Assembly (NCBI GenBank): GCA_016235455.1 | Contig: JACRKZ010000010.1 | Location: 1-50,544, forward strand | Direction: 5' to 3' | DNA from: Armatimonadota bacterium | Lineage (GTDB): Bacteria; Armatimonadota; UBA10988 | DNA length: 50,544 nucleotides | Shown: in pieces, positions 47,385 to 50,544 of the stretch | How the letters are laid out: each line of letters opens with the position of its first letter | Numbering within the stretch: the stretch's first letter is position 1 | Translations under genes and position numbers: made by a program | The notes under the pieces: model-generated | Told to the model about the DNA's origin: nothing | Databases searched by the model: none | Seen by the model: the letters and a program-made list of their open reading frames with translations, nothing else

Positions 47385-48542
47385 ATGACCCACCGCCAAC
47401 GCCTGCTTGCCGTCCTCCGCGCCGAGCCGTACGACCGGCTGCCGGTCGTCCATTTCGGCTTTCTGGAGGCCACCTTGCGTCTGTGGCGCGACCAGGGCCA
47501 TCTGACCGACGACGAGTACCGCGCCGCTCTGGCCGGCGACGGCAGCGCGGGCGAGGCGCATGTCGCCTCCCGCCTGGGCTTCGACCACAACTACCATACG
47601 GTCTTCGGCCCGCACGGCGGCCTGCGCCCAGGCTTCGAGGGCCGTGTGCTCGAGGAGCTGCCCGGCGGCTATCGCAAGGTGCTCACCGGCAACGGCGCCA
47701 TCCAACTCCAGCACCCGGACAACCAGAGCATCCCAGCGGATGTGGGCCACCTGCTCAAAACCCGCGCCGACTGGGAAGAACAGTTCCTGCCCAAGCTGCA
47801 GTGGTGCGCCGAGCGCGTGACGCAGTGCGGGCTGCGCGTGCCCAACCGCACCTTCGACCAGGCCGGGGCCAAGGCCTATCTGGCCGACCCGGACCACGAG
47901 TACCCGGTGCTGCTGCACGCCGGCAGCCTGTTCGGCGCGGTGCGCGACCTGCTCGGCGTCGAGGGCATGTCCTACCTGCAGGTGGACGACCAGGATCTGT
48001 TCGTCGAGATCATCGACACCATCGCCGAGATCAGCTACCGCAACACCGAACTCGCACTGCAACTGGGCTTCGTCGGCGATGTGGGCCACTTCTGGGAGGA
48101 CATCTGCTTCAAGACCGGTCCGCTGGTCAATCCGCGGGTGTTCCGCGACAAGGTCGGTCCGCACTACCGGCGTATCACCGGGCTCATGGCCCAGTACGGC
48201 ATCGACCTGGTCTCGCTCGACTGCGACGGCATGATCGATGCCCTGTTGCCGATCTGGCTGGAGAACGGCGTGAACGTCATGTTCCCCATCGAGGTGGGCA
48301 CCTGGGACGCGCACCTGACGCCGTGGCGGCAGCAGTATGGCGACCAGGTCAAGGGCGTCGGCGGCACGAACAAGAAGGTCTTTGCCCACGACTACGCCGC
48401 GGTGGACGCCGAGGTGGAGCGACTGCGACCGATGGTGGCCATGGGCGGCTATCTGCCGTGCCCCGACCATCGCCTGCCGCACGACAACAAGTGGGAGAAC
48501 GTGCAGTACTACTGTGAGCGCATGCGCGCAGCGTTTGGGTAG
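47385..48542 (+). CDS. uroporphyrinogen decarboxylase / MtaA-CmuA superfamily protein
   Basis: MTHRQRLLA...DRLP, WEDICFKTGPLVNP, DCDG, GGYLPCPDH; SD GAGGAG. Confidence 0.8.
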   Translation: MTHRQRLLAVLRAEPYDRLPVVHFGFLEATLRLWRDQGHLTDDEYRAALAGDGSAGEAHVASRLGFDHNYHTVFGPHGGLRPGFEGRVLEELPGGYRKVLTGNGAIQLQHPDNQSIPADVGHLLKTRADWEEQFLPKLQWCAERVTQCGLRVPNRTFDQAGAKAYLADPDHEYPVLLHAGSLFGAVRDLLGVEGMSYLQVDDQDLFVEIIDTIAEISYRNTELALQLGFVGDVGHFWEDICFKTGPLVNPRVFRDKVGPHYRRITGLMAQYGIDLVSLDCDGMIDALLPIWLENGVNVMFPIEVGTWDAHLTPWRQQYGDQVKGVGGTNKKVFAHDYAAVDAEVERLRPMVAMGGYLPCPDHRLPHDNKWENVQYYCERMRAAFG

Positions 48543-48556
48543 GTTAGCCGCGGCGC

Positions 48557-50252
48557 CTACTCCACCTCGAAGCCGAACACGCGCGCCGTCTCGGCACCCC
48601 AGGCCCGCTCGACGACCAGCCGGACGCCATTGGTCGCCGCGGCCAGCGGCAGCCTCACCAGGCGCTGATGGTTGTCACGCAACTCGGCCGCCACCTGCCA
48701 CGCACCGTCGGCGCCGCGCAACTCGATGCGCGCGTCGCGCACCATACCCGCGGGCGCCGGATGGTAGCGCTGGCAGCAGGCCGGCGGGCGGTAGTCGCTG
48801 GGCACACGCGGGTAGCAGGCCGGCATATTGCGGCCGGTGCGGTCCAGGTCGCTGTCGAACACCAGCCGCACGCGCTCCAGCCACTGCTGGTCGGCCCAGG
48901 TGTACTCGGCGACGCCGTCCGCGTCGGCCACCCAGGCGTTGTCCTGTCCGTCCCACGGCCGATCGACGCCGTTGCGCAGCGGCTCGGCGTCGGCCGTACT
49001 GAGCGTCGCGGCGCGGGTGGTCGCGCTGACCTCACGCACCCGCCACGGCAGCCAGGCATCGTCGTCCATGAGCGCCGACTGCAGCGCGCCGAGGTGTTGC
49101 TCATACACACCGCGCGGTTCCACCCCGTGGGCGGCGGCGATGGCCGCGGCCGTGCCGGCCGCCTGGCCAATGACCGCGCAGGTGCCCATGACCCGGCTGC
49201 TCGACATGGCCGCATGGCTGGCCGAGATGTTGCGGCCGGCGCAGAGCAGGTTCGGCACGTTACGCGAATAGAGGCAGCGGTACGGGATGCCGAACGGCGA
49301 CGGCGCCGGATGGAAGATGGTTGGCCGGCCAGGATAGCGCAGGCCGCCCGGATGATGGTCGTCCATCGACCAGCCGCCAAAAGCCACGATGTCGTCGAAC
49401 CGGCCTTCGGCGCGCACATCGTTCTGGGTCAGCACGTGGTCGCCCAGATAGCGCCGGCTCTCGCGCTTGCCGGGCACGAAGCCGACCCAGTCCAGCGTCC
49501 AGTTCTCCAGGCCGTGGTCGCCACGGTTCTTCATGTGGTCCCACACGCCGAACGCCGCCGCCAGCAGTTCGTCGCGCAGCCGCTCGGTGTCGTGGATGCT
49601 GTCGTCCTCGCCGCCGAGCTCCAGCCACCAGAAGTTGGTCTTGAGTGGGTCGTGGCCGCGGTGCGGCAGGTCCTCATCGCTGGCGAACACGGTGGCCCAC
49701 GACGGCGGCGTGTAGCCTACCGGGAACTCGAGCTCGCGGCCCTGGATGAGGCAGCTCATGCCCATGGTGCGGCTGTCGGCCACCGGCGGCTCGATGTCCT
49801 CACCATACTCTTCCTGGGCCTCGCGGCCGATGCGCACGTCGGCGCCCGACAGCGGCGCCAGGATGCTGTCGCCCGAGCTGTCACAGAACAGCCGCGCGCG
49901 CACCTCGTGCCAGGTCTCGGCCGATGACCGAGGCGTTGAGCAACAGCGTCACATTGGGCTCGAGGCGGGCCTTCTCGTAGAGGATGCTGTCCCAGATGGA
50001 CCACGACGCCGCAGGGTTGCGGGCGATGTTGTCGAGCTCGATCTCCTCAATGATGCCCGTCTCGCGGCGATTCTTGCCATGGGCGCCGCAGACGTGCATG
50101 CGCACCTCGGACGAGGCATTGCCGCCGAGCATGGGCCGGTCACCGATGAGTACCACCCGCGCGCCATGGCGCGCGGCGGCCACGGCGGCACACAGGCCCG
50201 AAAGCCCGCCGCCGACCACGCAAAGGTCCACGTCATGGTTGATCGTGCGCAT
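48557..50252 (-). pseudogene. FAD-dependent oxidoreductase (FAD_oxidored family), frameshifted near 49920
   Basis: VVGGGLSG..LGGNASSE in 49881-50252; DSSGD, GKRESRR, GRNISASH, SRVMGTC in 48557-49903. Confidence 0.8.
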
Positions 50253-50405
50253 CCCTACTCCTCGCGATCCTTAGCCTACCGCACACTCGCGCGGTTGGGA
50301 TCTCCCAAATGACTAGCCCGGGCCACGCCGTGATCCGCGGCTCTTGTCGGCCGCATTGCTCTGTGCTAAGCTCCGCGCTCGCTGAGTGCCTGGGGAGGCT
50401 GGCCA

Positions 50406-50544
50406 ATGCTCGCAGAGTTCCTCAATGAGCCGCTCTACGGCTACGAGATGTGGAAGGTCCTGGTCTTCCTGGCCTGCATAGGCATCTTGTCCGTCGTGTC
50501 GTGGGTTGCGACTCTGGTATGGATCTGGCGGTCGTCCATGACGC
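50406..50544 (+). CDS. membrane protein, truncated by the window end
   Basis: GGAGG SD, then MLAEFLNEPLYGYEMWKVLVFLACIGILSVVSWVATLVWIWR... Confidence 0.55.
   Translation, partial: MLAEFLNEPLYGYEMWKVLVFLACIGILSVVSWVATLVWIWRSSMT

Noticed and set aside
46164-48542. Calling either gene hemE
   Set aside because: Both lack the HemE N-terminal W.MRQAGR signature; superfamily-level call only

Overview
High-GC bacterial chromosomal window with about 45 genes. The prepilin/H-X9-DG proteins suggest Armatimonadota (inference). Housekeeping genes include hemW-mreC-mreD-tsaE-tsaB-rimI, tsaD, holA, fused ahbAB, gnd, rarA, mqnA and tRNA-Thr(CGT). Envelope and glycan genes include a VanW protein, an ABC exporter, a heparinase II/III-like lyase, a GT4, a 1228-aa SLBB export protein, two DUF2961-like proteins and two TIM-barrel isomerases. 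I found no CRISPR array, prophage, integrase or transposase. The most notable observations are: (1) an in-frame Vsr/DUF559-like nuclease-macrodomain fusion; (2) a PAS kinase with intact ATPase boxes but no phospho-His/DHp, inside a tsaD-holA operon; (3) mqnA coupled to a 6-oxopurine-type nucleoside phosphorylase; (4) two DUF2961-like proteins sharing a C-terminal motif+TM+poly-Arg tail; (5) tandem ~95%-identical prepilin genes, each with its own promoter; (6) a mirrored promoter between divergent UroD-family genes; (7) several intergenic REP-like palindromes; (8) three frame disruptions that may be pseudogenes or assembly errors. All calls come from motif recognition by eye; no database searches were run.
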